From contig DUUL01000039.1 of assembly GCA_012841575.1 (NCBI GenBank), positions 38,954-102,953 of the forward strand: a stretch of 64,000 nucleotides of DNA, given 5' to 3'. The notes below the pieces were generated by a model. It was not told the origin of the DNA and did not search any database. It saw only the letters and a program-made list of their open reading frames with translations. Shown in pieces: positions 35,897-46,037 of the stretch (positions within the stretch are counted from its first letter, which is position 1; every line of letters begins with the position of its first letter). The stretch is from Candidatus Moraniibacteriota bacterium (GTDB taxonomy: Bacteria > Patescibacteriota > Minisyncoccia > Moranbacterales > DUUL01). The position numbers were made by a program, and so were the translations under genes.

Positions 35897-37603
35897 ATGA
35901 AAAAAAATTGGAAAATTAAAAAAAATGAACTAAAAGCAGTAGCCTCTTCTAACGAAAAAATAATTACTAGCATTTTGTTAAACCGAGGTCTTACTACTGA
36001 AGAAGAAAAAAATGCCTTCTTGTTTCCTGACTACGAGCGAGACTTACACGATCCATTTTTGATTAAGGACATGCAAAAGGCTGTAGATAGAGTTCTTTTA
36101 GCGAAAAAGAGAAAAGAAAGAATTTGCATTTATGGCGACTACGATGCTGATGGAGTAACTGCTACAGTTTTAGTTAAAGATTTTTTCAACCAAATTGAAT
36201 TGGATTTTTTTTGTTACATCCCAGATAAAGATAAGGAGGGTAATAGTTTAAACAAAGAAGCTATTGACTACATTAAAACCCAAGGGGCAAATTTGATTAT
36301 TACAGTTGATTGTGGAATTTCTAGTTTTAAGGAGGTGGCTTACGCTAATGAAAATGAAATCGAAGTCATTATTACGGATCACCATTCTTTACCAAAAAAA
36401 TTACCCGCTGCATTAGCAATTATTAATCCAAAAGCAAGTCCTGATTATCCAGAGAAAAACTTGGCAGGAGTGGGAGTTGCCTTTAAATTTGTTGCTGCTT
36501 TGGCAGGTAGTTTTGAAGAGTATGAGAAAGATCAATTAAAATGGTTGTTAGATCTGGTTGCGATTGGAACAATTGCTGACTGCGTTCCCTTGATTGGAGA
36601 AAACCGTACACTTGCTAAGTTCGGCTTGCTGGTCCTTTCTAAGACAAGAAGAGTTGGTTTAAAGCAAATTTTTCAAGTTGGATCTTTGAATATTAACAGT
36701 GGGTTAATTCCGTCTGCTGAACAAATCTCTTTTCAATTAGCGCCACGAATTAATGCAGCGGGTAGGATCGACCACGCTAACTTAGCCTTTGATCTGCTTT
36801 CGGCTGTAGAGGGAGAGGAGTCATCAGCTAGAATTTTAGCTCTAGAACTTGAAAGCAAAAATCAACATCGACAAAAAATAACTGAAAAAATTATCAGTGA
36901 AGTAGAGAATCGATTGAAAAATAAGAACAATCTTCCTGCAGTTATTGTTGAATGGGCGCCTCATTGGAGTTATGGAATTGTTGGTTTAGTCGCTGGTAAA
37001 ATTGCTGAAAAATATCATCGACCAACTTTAATTCTTCAGGAAAAAGATAGTATTTTACGAGGTTCAGGTCGTTCGGTCCCAGAAGTTAACTTCATAGAAA
37101 TTCTAAGAGAATCTGATCATTTAATGAGTAAATACGGCGGACACTCACAAGCACTTGGTGGTGAATTTCCCAAAAAAAATGTAGAGGAACTTAGTCGCAA
37201 TCTAGAAAAAAAAATAGCACCTCTTTTAAAGAAAGAGAATATTTCTGAATTAGAGATTGATACTGAATTAACCTTGGCGCAAATCAATTTTGATTTAGTC
37301 AACCAGCTTTCTCAACTAGAGCCGTTTGGAGAAGGCAACCCAGAACCAATCTTCTTGACAAGGAACCTAACTGTTTCTGACTTAAGGCTAGTCGGCAACG
37401 GAGAAAAACACCTAAAGTTAATTCTTTCTGATGGCGAGCCTGACACTAACCGTCTTTCCGCTATTGGATTTCGTCTTGCAGATAACTACGCTAATCTAAA
37501 AATAAATGACAAGATTGATCTAGTTTTTACCCTGCAAAAAAACCAATGGAATGGAATTGAATCAATCCAGGCCAAAATAATTGACTTGAATGTCATTTCC
37601 TAA
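35897..37603 (+). CDS. recJ: Single-stranded-DNA-specific exonuclease RecJ
   Basis: DHH motifs (IYGDYDADGVT, VIITDHH). DHHA1-like GG-rich region (GGHSQALGG). Confidence 0.85.
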   Translation: MKKNWKIKKNELKAVASSNEKIITSILLNRGLTTEEEKNAFLFPDYERDLHDPFLIKDMQKAVDRVLLAKKRKERICIYGDYDADGVTATVLVKDFFNQIELDFFCYIPDKDKEGNSLNKEAIDYIKTQGANLIITVDCGISSFKEVAYANENEIEVIITDHHSLPKKLPAALAIINPKASPDYPEKNLAGVGVAFKFVAALAGSFEEYEKDQLKWLLDLVAIGTIADCVPLIGENRTLAKFGLLVLSKTRRVGLKQIFQVGSLNINSGLIPSAEQISFQLAPRINAAGRIDHANLAFDLLSAVEGEESSARILALELESKNQHRQKITEKIISEVENRLKNKNNLPAVIVEWAPHWSYGIVGLVAGKIAEKYHRPTLILQEKDSILRGSGRSVPEVNFIEILRESDHLMSKYGGHSQALGGEFPKKNVEELSRNLEKKIAPLLKKENISELEIDTELTLAQINFDLVNQLSQLEPFGEGNPEPIFLTRNLTVSDLRLVGNGEKHLKLILSDGEPDTNRLSAIGFRLADNYANLKINDKIDLVFTLQKNQWNGIESIQAKIIDLNVIS

Positions 37604-37752
37604 AATTTACTTTAAAGAGCCTTATTTACAAGGCTAAAAGACATGACTATGTTGACCAGTTGAATTTTTTGATTTATCCTATGTTAAAGATAATTAAGAT
37701 AGATTTTGTTTTTTATAGATTAATTTTCTAAGAAATTAAAGCATTTAAGCAC

Positions 37753-37824
37753 GCCGCGTTCGTCTAGTGGCTAGGACACCAGGTTCTCATCCTGGCAACA
37801 CGGGTTCGATTCCCGTACGCGGTA
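37753..37824 (+). tRNA. tRNA-Glu (anticodon CUC)
   Basis: GCCGCGTTCGTCTAGTGGCTAGGACACCAGGTTCTCATCCTGGCAACACGGGTTCGATTCCCGTACGCGGTA. Anticodon stem CCAGG/CCTGG with loop TTCTCAT. CCA is not encoded. Confidence 0.8.
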
Positions 37825-37909
37825 CAGGGTAAAAGTAGAGAGAAGTTAATTGATTCGGTTCCAATGAGGACTTGTTTAAGTTTGATTGCTTAAGAAATAA
37901 AACTTTCTT

Positions 37910-38992
37910 ATGGAAAAAGAGGCAATTCAATTATTAAAAGAACACAAAGAAGTTTTGGATTGTCATTTGGGCAATTTTTTACAAAAAAAGGTCAAGACCT
38001 TTGGGAACTATGATCCCACAATGTCTGTTTTAATGAAAAAAATAGAAGATGTTGTTTTAGCGGGAGGAAAGAGAATTCGACCAACTTTACTCCACTACGC
38101 CTATTTAGCAAGCGGGAAAAAAGATAGTGCAAAAATTATTGATATTGAAGTTGCGGTTGAATTAGTTCACAATTATCTACTTATTCACGACGACGTTTTT
38201 GATCGAGATGACATTCGACACGGAGTAAAAACGATCCACAAAAGATATCTGGAGAGCCACCGTTCAAAAATCAAATCGACTGAAGATTTAGTGCATTTTA
38301 GTAATTCCATGGCAATTTCAGCGGGAGATGTTTTGGTCGCTCTAGCAAACTCTCTGGTGCTGCAAACTGCTTTGAAAAAAGAAACTCTTATTAAAATCAC
38401 TCAACTACTTCAAGATACAATTCTAATGGCTTTTGTTGGGGAGGTAAAGGACATTGCCTTGAGCCATTCGCTAAATGTTTCAAAAAATGATATTCTAAAA
38501 GTACATCGCTTCAAAACAGGGATTTACACTTTTGAAAATCCAATCAAGATGGGGTTAATCCTTAGTGGAGAAGAGGATAAAGAGGTTTATAAAAAGTTTT
38601 CTGACTACGCAATCCCACTGGGAATTGCCTTCCAACTAAGAGATGATATTTTAGGATTAATGGGCGATGAAAAAAAATTAGGCAAACCAGCTGGTTCTGA
38701 TGTCAAAGAAGGAAAAAAAACGCTCTTAACCACTAAAGCTTTAGAGTTGGGCAATAAAAAGCAACAAGCTTTTCTTAGGAGTCGTTTAGGTAAAAACAAT
38801 TTAACAGAAAAAGAATTAAATGCCTTTCGTCAAATTGTCGTTGAAACTGGATCCCTGGATTACTCTCAAAAAAAATGTACCAAATTGATCCAAGAGGCTC
38901 TTGATGCACTACAGAAGATTAATTTTAAGAATAAAAAATCAGCTACTTTTTTTAATGGAATTGCAGAATATATAGTTTCCAGAAAACACTAA
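37910..38992 (+). CDS. trans-Polyprenyl diphosphate synthase (FPP/GGPP synthase family)
   Basis: First Asp-rich motif LIHDDVFDRDD. Second motif FQLRDDILG. Confidence 0.85.
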   Translation: MEKEAIQLLKEHKEVLDCHLGNFLQKKVKTFGNYDPTMSVLMKKIEDVVLAGGKRIRPTLLHYAYLASGKKDSAKIIDIEVAVELVHNYLLIHDDVFDRDDIRHGVKTIHKRYLESHRSKIKSTEDLVHFSNSMAISAGDVLVALANSLVLQTALKKETLIKITQLLQDTILMAFVGEVKDIALSHSLNVSKNDILKVHRFKTGIYTFENPIKMGLILSGEEDKEVYKKFSDYAIPLGIAFQLRDDILGLMGDEKKLGKPAGSDVKEGKKTLLTTKALELGNKKQQAFLRSRLGKNNLTEKELNAFRQIVVETGSLDYSQKKCTKLIQEALDALQKINFKNKKSATFFNGIAEYIVSRKH

Positions 38993-39002
38993 TAATAAAA
39001 AT

Positions 39003-39731
39003 ATGTTAAAGAATGATAATTTAAAACCTAGACATGTTTTAATTATCCCCGACGGTAATCGTAGATGGGCGAGAAGTAGAGATTTAAAACCTTGGGAGGG
39101 GCATTGGATGGGAGCGGAGAAGATTGAGGAAATCACTCGAAAGGCATTAGCTTTAAAAATAAAAAGCCTTACCTTTTGGGGTTCATCTCAGGACAATTTA
39201 ACAAAACGACCATTTTTAGAAAAAAAGGCTTTGTTGGAGATCTATGAAAAATATTTTAAACGTCTGATTAAATCAAGGGAAATAATGGAAAATGAAGTCA
39301 AAATTCAATTAGTTGGTCGCTGGAAAGAGCAATTTCCAAGTCAACTAAAAAACATCCTTGAAGATGGCGTTAATTTGACCAAAAATCATTCAAAATACCT
39401 CCTTAATTTCCTCTTGGCGTATGGAGGAGATGATGATATTATGGAGGGAGTCAAGAGAATTGTTGCTAGGGCAAAAGAAGGTCTGAATGAAAAAGAGCTC
39501 ACTAAAGATTTTTTTGCAAATCACCTGCTTAGCGCAAATCTTCCACCGGTTGACTTGATCATTCGCACTGGAGTGGAGGGTGATCCGCATAATAGTGCCG
39601 GAGTTTTGATGTGGCAAACTCAAGATTCACAATATTACTTCTCAGAGAAAATGTTTCCAGATTTTGGAGCTGAGGATTTTGAAAAAGCGATTAATGATTT
39701 TGGTAAAAGAGAAAGGAGAAAAGGTAAGTAG
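39003..39731 (+). CDS. uppS: Undecaprenyl diphosphate synthase (cis-prenyltransferase)
   Basis: HVLIIPDGNRRWAR motif. 242 aa. Confidence 0.9.
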   Translation: MLKNDNLKPRHVLIIPDGNRRWARSRDLKPWEGHWMGAEKIEEITRKALALKIKSLTFWGSSQDNLTKRPFLEKKALLEIYEKYFKRLIKSREIMENEVKIQLVGRWKEQFPSQLKNILEDGVNLTKNHSKYLLNFLLAYGGDDDIMEGVKRIVARAKEGLNEKELTKDFFANHLLSANLPPVDLIIRTGVEGDPHNSAGVLMWQTQDSQYYFSEKMFPDFGAEDFEKAINDFGKRERRKGK

Positions 39732-39778
39732 TTTTTTGCTAAAAAACTTAAAGCTTAATTATTAAATTTAAAAATAAA

Positions 39779-40093
39779 ATGGCATTAGAATTTAACGATT
39801 CAAACTTTGAAGCAGAGGTTTTAAAAAACGAAGGAGTAACTTTAGTTGATTTTTGGGCACCTTGGTGCGGTCCTTGTCAAATGATGGGACCAATTATCGA
39901 CGAAGTTGCTAAGGAGGTTGCAGAAAGGCACAAAGTAGGAAAGCTAAACGTAGATGAAAATCAAGCTACAGCGCAAAAATATGGAGTAATGTCAATCCCA
40001 ACTCTTCTTATCATTAAAAATGGAGAGGTCGTAAAGCAATTGGTGGGCGTTCAATCCAAAGAAGCCTTGATTAAAGAATTAAATAACGCTTAG
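39779..40093 (+). CDS. trxA: Thioredoxin
   Basis: WAPWCGPCQ active site. 104 aa. Confidence 0.9.
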   Translation: MALEFNDSNFEAEVLKNEGVTLVDFWAPWCGPCQMMGPIIDEVAKEVAERHKVGKLNVDENQATAQKYGVMSIPTLLIIKNGEVVKQLVGVQSKEALIKELNNA

Positions 40094-40128
40094 TAGCAGT
40101 AAAACGCTTTTTGCATAAACACTAAATC

Positions 40129-41052
40129 ATGAAGGAAGTTATCATTATTGGCTCTGGACCTGCTGGTCTTAGTGCCTCGGTTTATCTCTCTCGCTATAAA
40201 GTGCCACACTTAATTATTGGTCCGCAGGCGGGTGGCTATATTAATAACACTGGGGAAATTCAAAACTACCTTGGTTTTTCAAGTATTCAAGGCTGGGAAT
40301 TGGCTCAAAAAATGAAAGAACATGTGACAGAATTAGGCGCAGAAACATTACAAGAAGAGGTGATTGAGATAAAAAAAACCACTAATGGATTCGAAATTAA
40401 AACTGGATTAGAAAAAAAACTTGAAAGTCGTTTTATTATTTATGCTGGAGGAACTAAACATCGAACCTTAGGGATTCCTGGAGAAAGGGAGTTGGAGGGA
40501 AAAGGAATTTCTTATTGTGCCACTTGCGACGGTCCGTTTTTTAAGGAAAAAAATGTGGCTGTGGTTGGTGGTGGGAATAGTGCTGGCAGTGCCGCCTTAA
40601 TTTTAGCTCAACATGCAAAACAAGTAACTATTTTTTATCGCGGAGAAAAACCTCCTATGCTACCTAGTTATCTTGATCAAATCAGTCAATCAAAAAATAT
40701 TGAGTTGGTTTGTTGTACCAATCTAAAAGAAATTAAAGGTTCTGATAAAGTTACAAGTGTAGTTTTGGATAATCCCTATAATGGTAAAAACACCTTTAGT
40801 CTAGATGGAGTCTTTATTGAAATTGGTTCTGATCCAAGGGTGGAGATTTTAACAAAAATAAAAGTTGAGCTAGATGAATGGAATTATATTAAGACCAATC
40901 AAGACCAGTCCACTAATGTTCCTGGATTTTATGCAGTCGGAGACGTAACCACAGGCTCTAACGGTTTTCGTCAAATTATTTGTGCCGCTTCTGAGGGAGC
41001 TATCGCTGCCTTGGCAATTTTTGAAAAATTAAAAGAGAGACAGGATACTTAA
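40129..41052 (+). CDS. trxB: Thioredoxin-disulfide reductase
   Basis: FAD motif IIGSGPAGLSA. Redox CATCDG. NAD(P)H motif GGGNSAG. Confidence 0.9.
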   Translation: MKEVIIIGSGPAGLSASVYLSRYKVPHLIIGPQAGGYINNTGEIQNYLGFSSIQGWELAQKMKEHVTELGAETLQEEVIEIKKTTNGFEIKTGLEKKLESRFIIYAGGTKHRTLGIPGERELEGKGISYCATCDGPFFKEKNVAVVGGGNSAGSAALILAQHAKQVTIFYRGEKPPMLPSYLDQISQSKNIELVCCTNLKEIKGSDKVTSVVLDNPYNGKNTFSLDGVFIEIGSDPRVEILTKIKVELDEWNYIKTNQDQSTNVPGFYAVGDVTTGSNGFRQIICAASEGAIAALAIFEKLKERQDT

Positions 41053-41175
41053 GCGTTATTTAAAATACAATTATTCAAAAATTTCCTCAGGAGAAGGGGA
41101 GTGCCATTATGGAGAAAATAAGAACACTCTTCTCAAAAGCATTTTCAGCAACATCCTTTTGTCAATAAAACTTTC

Positions 41176-41622
41176 ATGAAAAATTCAGCAACAGCTTTAA
41201 TTACATACAATAAAAAAATATTAATGTTATTGCGGGATAATAAGCCAGAAATTCCAGATCCTAATTGCTGGCAGTTGATTGGTGGACAGTTAGAGTCAAA
41301 TGAAACACCGATCGAAGCTTTAATTCGAGAGGTTAGGGAGGAATCTAATCTTGAAATTAAAAAGAACGAGCCAATTTTGATTGGTGAAATTAATTTTTTG
41401 GGAAAGAAGAAAATTTTTCTTTACTGGATTAAGTTATCAAAAGAAAAGGCAAGAGAAGTTAAACTAGGAAATGAGGGGCAAGAAATAGCGTTTTTCTCCA
41501 TAAAAGAGCTAGAAAAATTAAACTTAGGACTAAATACTTCTAATTATTTTAAAAAATTTAAAAAAGGTTTAAAAAATATTGTGGAAAATGAAGTGATGGA
41601 TAAAAAGGCATTGGGTTTTTAA
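41176..41622 (+). CDS. NUDIX hydrolase
   Basis: Nudix box GGQLESNETPIEALIREVREESNL. Confidence 0.8.
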   Translation: MKNSATALITYNKKILMLLRDNKPEIPDPNCWQLIGGQLESNETPIEALIREVREESNLEIKKNEPILIGEINFLGKKKIFLYWIKLSKEKAREVKLGNEGQEIAFFSIKELEKLNLGLNTSNYFKKFKKGLKNIVENEVMDKKALGF

Positions 41623-41731
41623 AAGAAGGTTTTTATTTTTTATAAATAGTGTCAAAATCACCATAAATTCACACAGCTATACAATTATTATTGCGCAGAC
41701 TATATAAGTAAAAAATTAATAATCAGCAAAG

Positions 41732-42841
41732 ATGAATCCAATTAAAATCAGTCAAGGAGGGAAGTTAGAAACAAGCTCTAAAATTAAAGTTACTCAAAAA
41801 AACCTAGCCGAAGTTTACACACCAGGAGTGGCCCAAGTTTGTTTAGCGATTAAAAAAAAGCCAGAGAAGGTGCGAGATCTGACTTGGAAAAATAGATCAG
41901 TAGCAATAGTTTCTGATGGGACAGCAATTTTAGGCTTGGGTAATATTGGTCCAGAGGCAGGACTTCCAGTGATGGAGGCTAAAGCATTGCTTTTCAAGCA
42001 ACTGGGAGGAATAGACGCTGTTCCAATTATGCTCAATACTAATAATCCAAAAGAAATCATTCGAACTGTTAAAAATATAGCTGCTGGCTTTGGTGGTATA
42101 AATTTGGAAGATATTGCTGCTCCAAATTGCTTTCAAATAGAAAAAGCTTTACGCTCTCTACCAATTCCAGCTTTTCACGACGATCAAGATGGAACTGCAA
42201 TTGTCACATTAGCTGGCTTAATTAATGCCACTAAAGTAGTTGGGAAAAATCTAAAAACTACTAAAATTATTATTTCTGGAGCGGGAGCTGCGGGAATTGC
42301 AATTGCAAGGTTGTTGCTTGCCTATGGCTGCAAGAACATAACGCTTTTTGATTCACAGGGCTCAATTTATCAAGGACGCAAAGGTTTAAATTTTATTAAA
42401 AAGGAAATTGCCCAAAGGACAAATCTAACCAAAGAAAACCTGGTTCTTAAAAAAGGAATTAAAGAAGCGGACATTTTTATTGGAGTCTCTGGTCCCAAAC
42501 TACTAAATATCAGTGATATTAGAAAGATGAAAGAGAGGGCAATTGTTTTTGCGATGGCTAATCCAACTCCAGAAATTATGCCGGAAATCGCTCTAAAGGG
42601 TGGAGCGGCTATAGTTGCGACTGGGCGGAGTGATTTCCCTAATCAGATTAATAATGCACTAGTTTTTCCAGGAATTTTCAAAGGAGCATTAAAAAATGAA
42701 GCTCGTGCAATTAGCCAAAAACACAAATTAGCTGCAGCAATTAGCCTCTCTTCCTTGATCAAAAATCCAACAAAAAATAACTTGTTGCCAAAAGTAACTG
42801 ATCGAAGAGCGGTAGAAGCAGTTGCAAAAGTTTTTCAATAA
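41732..42841 (+). CDS. NAD(P)-dependent malic enzyme (short bacterial type)
   Basis: LAEVYTPGVAQVCLAI. Rossmann GAGAAGIAIARLL. 369 aa. Confidence 0.85.
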   Translation: MNPIKISQGGKLETSSKIKVTQKNLAEVYTPGVAQVCLAIKKKPEKVRDLTWKNRSVAIVSDGTAILGLGNIGPEAGLPVMEAKALLFKQLGGIDAVPIMLNTNNPKEIIRTVKNIAAGFGGINLEDIAAPNCFQIEKALRSLPIPAFHDDQDGTAIVTLAGLINATKVVGKNLKTTKIIISGAGAAGIAIARLLLAYGCKNITLFDSQGSIYQGRKGLNFIKKEIAQRTNLTKENLVLKKGIKEADIFIGVSGPKLLNISDIRKMKERAIVFAMANPTPEIMPEIALKGGAAIVATGRSDFPNQINNALVFPGIFKGALKNEARAISQKHKLAAAISLSSLIKNPTKNNLLPKVTDRRAVEAVAKVFQ

Positions 42842-42922
42842 AGTTAGTAGCTTTATTTGCAACTTTAATTTTATCTGGTAGAATTAACGCAAGGAGGGCC
42901 TAATTTTATCAGCACTAAATAC

Positions 42923-43351
42923 ATGAAAATTGTTTTACTAGAAGAAGTCAAAAATGTCGGAAAAAAGGGAGAAGTTAAGGAGGTATCTGATGGTTTTGCT
43001 AGGAATTTTTTACTTCCAAGACAGTTGGCTGAGCCGGCAAATGAGGCCAATATTGCAAGAGCCGAAGCTATGCGAGAAAAAATTGATCAATTAAACGAGA
43101 AGGAGTTAAGTGAAAAAAGGGCTTTAGCAGACAAACTAAAAGGTAAAAAAATAGTGATTAAGGCCAAATCAGAAAACGGAAAGCTTTTTGGTGCAATCAC
43201 TAAAAAACAAATCGCACAAGAACTTTCAATTGCTGATGAATCAACTATTTTATTAGAAAATGCAATCAAAGAATTGGGTGATTTTGTAATCAAAGTGCGT
43301 CTTGCTGAAAACATTGAGACAGAGGTAAAACTAACTATAGAGTCAGATTAA
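42923..43351 (+). CDS. rplI: 50S ribosomal protein L9
   Basis: MKIVLLEEVKNVGKKGEVKEVSDGFARNFLLP N-domain. Confidence 0.9.
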   Translation: MKIVLLEEVKNVGKKGEVKEVSDGFARNFLLPRQLAEPANEANIARAEAMREKIDQLNEKELSEKRALADKLKGKKIVIKAKSENGKLFGAITKKQIAQELSIADESTILLENAIKELGDFVIKVRLAENIETEVKLTIESD

Positions 43352-43447
43352 ATTAATTATATTTTGAGTGGAAGGAAGCAGACAAGGTTACTAAAAAAAG
43401 TCTGTTTCTTTTTTTAGGGAATTTTAATTTTTTAAAAAACAAACTAA

Positions 43448-45103
43448 ATGGCTAAGTACATCTTTGTTTTTGGGGGAGTAATGAGTGGAATAGGGAAGGG
43501 GGTTGCCACTTCTTCCATTGCTAAAATTATTCAATCTCGCGGCTACAGAGTGACTGCCATTAAAATTGATCCTTATGTTAATGTTGATGCGGGCACAATG
43601 AACCCAACAGAGCACGGGGAGGTTTTTGTTATGGACAGTGGGTTGGAAACTGATCAAGACATGGGAAATTACGAACGCTTTCTCAATATAACACTACCTA
43701 GAGAAAATTATATGACGACAGGCAGTGTTTACAAAAAGGTAATCGAGCGAGAAAGAAATCTTGAATACAATGGAAAATGCGTTCAAATTATTCCACATGT
43801 AACCAACGAAGTAATCGATACAATTACAAACGCAGCTAAGAAAAATAAGGCTGATTTTGTAACAATTGAAGTTGGTGGTACAACAGGTGACTATGAAAAT
43901 GACTTATTCACTGAAGCAGCTCGCCAGTTGAGACTTCGCCTGGGGAAAGAAAATGTACTCTTTGTTATGATTGGCTATGTTCCATTTCCCAATATTGTGG
44001 GTGAGATGAAAACAAAACCTACTCAACAGGCTGTACGTGCCCTCAATGCTGCTGGAGTTCAAGCTGATATTATAATTGCTCGTAGTGAAAATCCCATTGA
44101 TGAAAGAAGAAAGGAGAAAATTGCCTTGTTTTGCAATATCGAAACTGAAGCGGTTATTTCCGCTCCTGACTCTGAGTCAATTTATGAAATTCCTCTCAAT
44201 TTTGAAAAAGACCACTTGAGCGAGATAATTCTCAAAAAACTTGCACTTAAGCCAAGAAAGAAAAACTTACAAGACTGGGAAAACTTTGTTAAAAAAGTTA
44301 AAAACGCTAAAAAGGAAATTAAAATCGGCATGATTGGAAAATATTTTGGAACTGGAGATTATGTGCTAACAGATGCATACATTTCAGTCATTGAAGCAAT
44401 CAAGCATGCTGCTTATAACAATGGTTTAAGACCAAAAATTGACTGGATTGACTCTGGAAAGCTTGAAAAAAATGAAAAAAAACTTTCCATATTAAAAAAA
44501 TATGATGGCATTATCGTACCTGGTGGATTTGGTTCTCGCGGAATTAAGGGAAAACTAAAAACAATTCAATATGCAAGAGAGAATAAAATTCCTTACTTGG
44601 GACTTTGTTACGGAATGCAGCTGATGATAGTTGAGTACGCCCGAAATGTACTTGGAGTTAAGAATGCCAATACTGCAGAAATTGTACCAAAAGGGAAGAA
44701 TCTAGTTATTGATTTAATGCCGGAACAAAAGGAAAGTCTTAAGAATAATAAATATGGCGCTACAATGAGATTGGGCAGCTATCTTTGCAAAATCAAACCA
44801 GGTACGATAGCCTATGAAAGCTATGGGAAAAAAGAGGTGTCAGAGCGCCATCGCCATCGCTACGAAGTAAACCCTAAATACATAGCTGACTTAGAAAAAG
44901 CTGGTATTATTTTTTCTGGGAAATCTCCTGATGGAAAGCTAATGGAAATTGCTGAATTACCAAAAGAGAAGCACCCTTTTATGCTTGGAACTCAATTTCA
45001 CCCAGAATTTACCTCTTCACCACTAAAACCAAACCCTATCTTTTTAAAATTTATTGAAGCAGTCTCAAATTATAATAAAACTAAGATTGAAAGGGTGGGG
45101 TAG
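43448..45103 (+). CDS. pyrG: CTP synthase
   Basis: N-terminal IFVFGGVMSGIGKG. Glutamine amidotransferase GLCYGMQ. 551 aa. Confidence 0.95.
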   Translation: MAKYIFVFGGVMSGIGKGVATSSIAKIIQSRGYRVTAIKIDPYVNVDAGTMNPTEHGEVFVMDSGLETDQDMGNYERFLNITLPRENYMTTGSVYKKVIERERNLEYNGKCVQIIPHVTNEVIDTITNAAKKNKADFVTIEVGGTTGDYENDLFTEAARQLRLRLGKENVLFVMIGYVPFPNIVGEMKTKPTQQAVRALNAAGVQADIIIARSENPIDERRKEKIALFCNIETEAVISAPDSESIYEIPLNFEKDHLSEIILKKLALKPRKKNLQDWENFVKKVKNAKKEIKIGMIGKYFGTGDYVLTDAYISVIEAIKHAAYNNGLRPKIDWIDSGKLEKNEKKLSILKKYDGIIVPGGFGSRGIKGKLKTIQYARENKIPYLGLCYGMQLMIVEYARNVLGVKNANTAEIVPKGKNLVIDLMPEQKESLKNNKYGATMRLGSYLCKIKPGTIAYESYGKKEVSERHRHRYEVNPKYIADLEKAGIIFSGKSPDGKLMEIAELPKEKHPFMLGTQFHPEFTSSPLKPNPIFLKFIEAVSNYNKTKIERVG

Positions 45104-45110
45104 TAAAAAA

Positions 45111-45137
45111 ACGAAACCGAGCTAACCTCGGTTTCGT
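45111..45137. terminator. Hairpin between convergent pyrG and rpmA (11-bp stem ACGAAACCGAG / CTCGGTTTCGT, 5-nt loop)
   Basis: Perfect inverted repeat flanked by an A7 run on + (T7 on the minus strand). The U-run is strong for rpmA and weak for pyrG. Confidence 0.55.
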
Positions 45138-45178
45138 TGTATAAAAAATGTAAAAAGACCTAAATGATTATCAAAAAA

Positions 45179-45451
45179 CTATTCAACTTCAATAAATTTA
45201 GCCTTTTTCAATGTTCCAGTAAAGCGCACTATCTTCTTAGTCACAAACTTAACCACACCGTCTTTTACAGCGATAATGGTATCATCCTTGGTGATTTTGG
45301 TGTTTTTTCCTGCTCTAAAACCAGAACCTCTTTGTCTAACCAAAATTTCCCCGACTTTAACTTTTTGCCCACCAAAGCGCTTTACTCCTAAATATTTTGG
45401 GCGAGAATCACGTCCCAACTGAGTGGAACCTCCTGCTTTTCTAGTTGCCAT
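45179..45451 (-). CDS. rpmA: 50S ribosomal protein L27
   Basis: [28 protein letters not shown]. 90 aa. Confidence 0.93.
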   Translation of the reverse strand: MATRKAGGSTQLGRDSRPKYLGVKRFGGQKVKVGEILVRQRGSGFRAGKNTKITKDDTIIAVKDGVVKFVTKKIVRFTGTLKKAKFIEVE

Positions 45452-45520
45452 TGCTCTAAGTAATTATTTTTAAACTAACTGATTGAAAACTATCCTTCAT
45501 TCTAACTAAAAATAACACTC

Positions 45521-45991
45521 ATGTCAATGTTTGAGCGAAATTCAGAAGACCAAAAATTTGATTACAGTAAATTAATATTAACGCTACTAACTGTTTTCCT
45601 AATCGCAATCGCTAGTTTTCAAGTTGGAAGAAATACAAAAAGCACCATTGATCACAACCTAAAAGTAGAAGAGCTGAATAATGAAAAACATCTCGTTAAA
45701 AATGATCTAGAAAATGAAAAACTCTTAACATTATTAAGGGCTATGGAAAGAAAGCAAATAAAAATCCCAGAAAACACTAAGACGGCAGCCTCAAATCCAG
45801 CAAAAGGGAATAGTGATGAAAAGATAACTGATGAATGCCTATTTATTGCTTCAAAGAACTCTACAAAATACCATCGATCAGATTGCTCCACTGCTCAAAG
45901 AATAAAAGAGTCTAATCGAATTTGCTTTGCTTCAGAAAAAGATGCAGAATCAGAAGGCTACACTGCAGCAACAGACTGTGCTAAAAAATAA
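45521..45991 (+). CDS. Membrane-anchored hypothetical protein with C-terminal Ada-like zinc-binding motif
   Basis: N-terminal TM segment. The C-terminal KYHRSDCSTAQRIKESNRICFASEKDAESEGYTAATDC resembles the Ada_Zn_binding pattern (YH..C......N...F.S..EA...GY..C). Confidence 0.4.
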   Translation: MSMFERNSEDQKFDYSKLILTLLTVFLIAIASFQVGRNTKSTIDHNLKVEELNNEKHLVKNDLENEKLLTLLRAMERKQIKIPENTKTAASNPAKGNSDEKITDECLFIASKNSTKYHRSDCSTAQRIKESNRICFASEKDAESEGYTAATDCAKK

Positions 45992-46037
45992 CTTAATATT
46001 CTAATTAATTTTATAACTTAATAAGTTAATTTAAAAA

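Noticed and set aside
41109-41168. 19-codon ORF (MEKIRTLFSKAFSATSFCQ) upstream of the NUDIX gene as a leader peptide
   Set aside because: Too short and unsupported. No attenuator-like alternative hairpins were recognised.
45164-45391. 75-aa + strand ORF
   Set aside because: It lies antisense within rpmA (L27), which is unambiguous on the minus strand.
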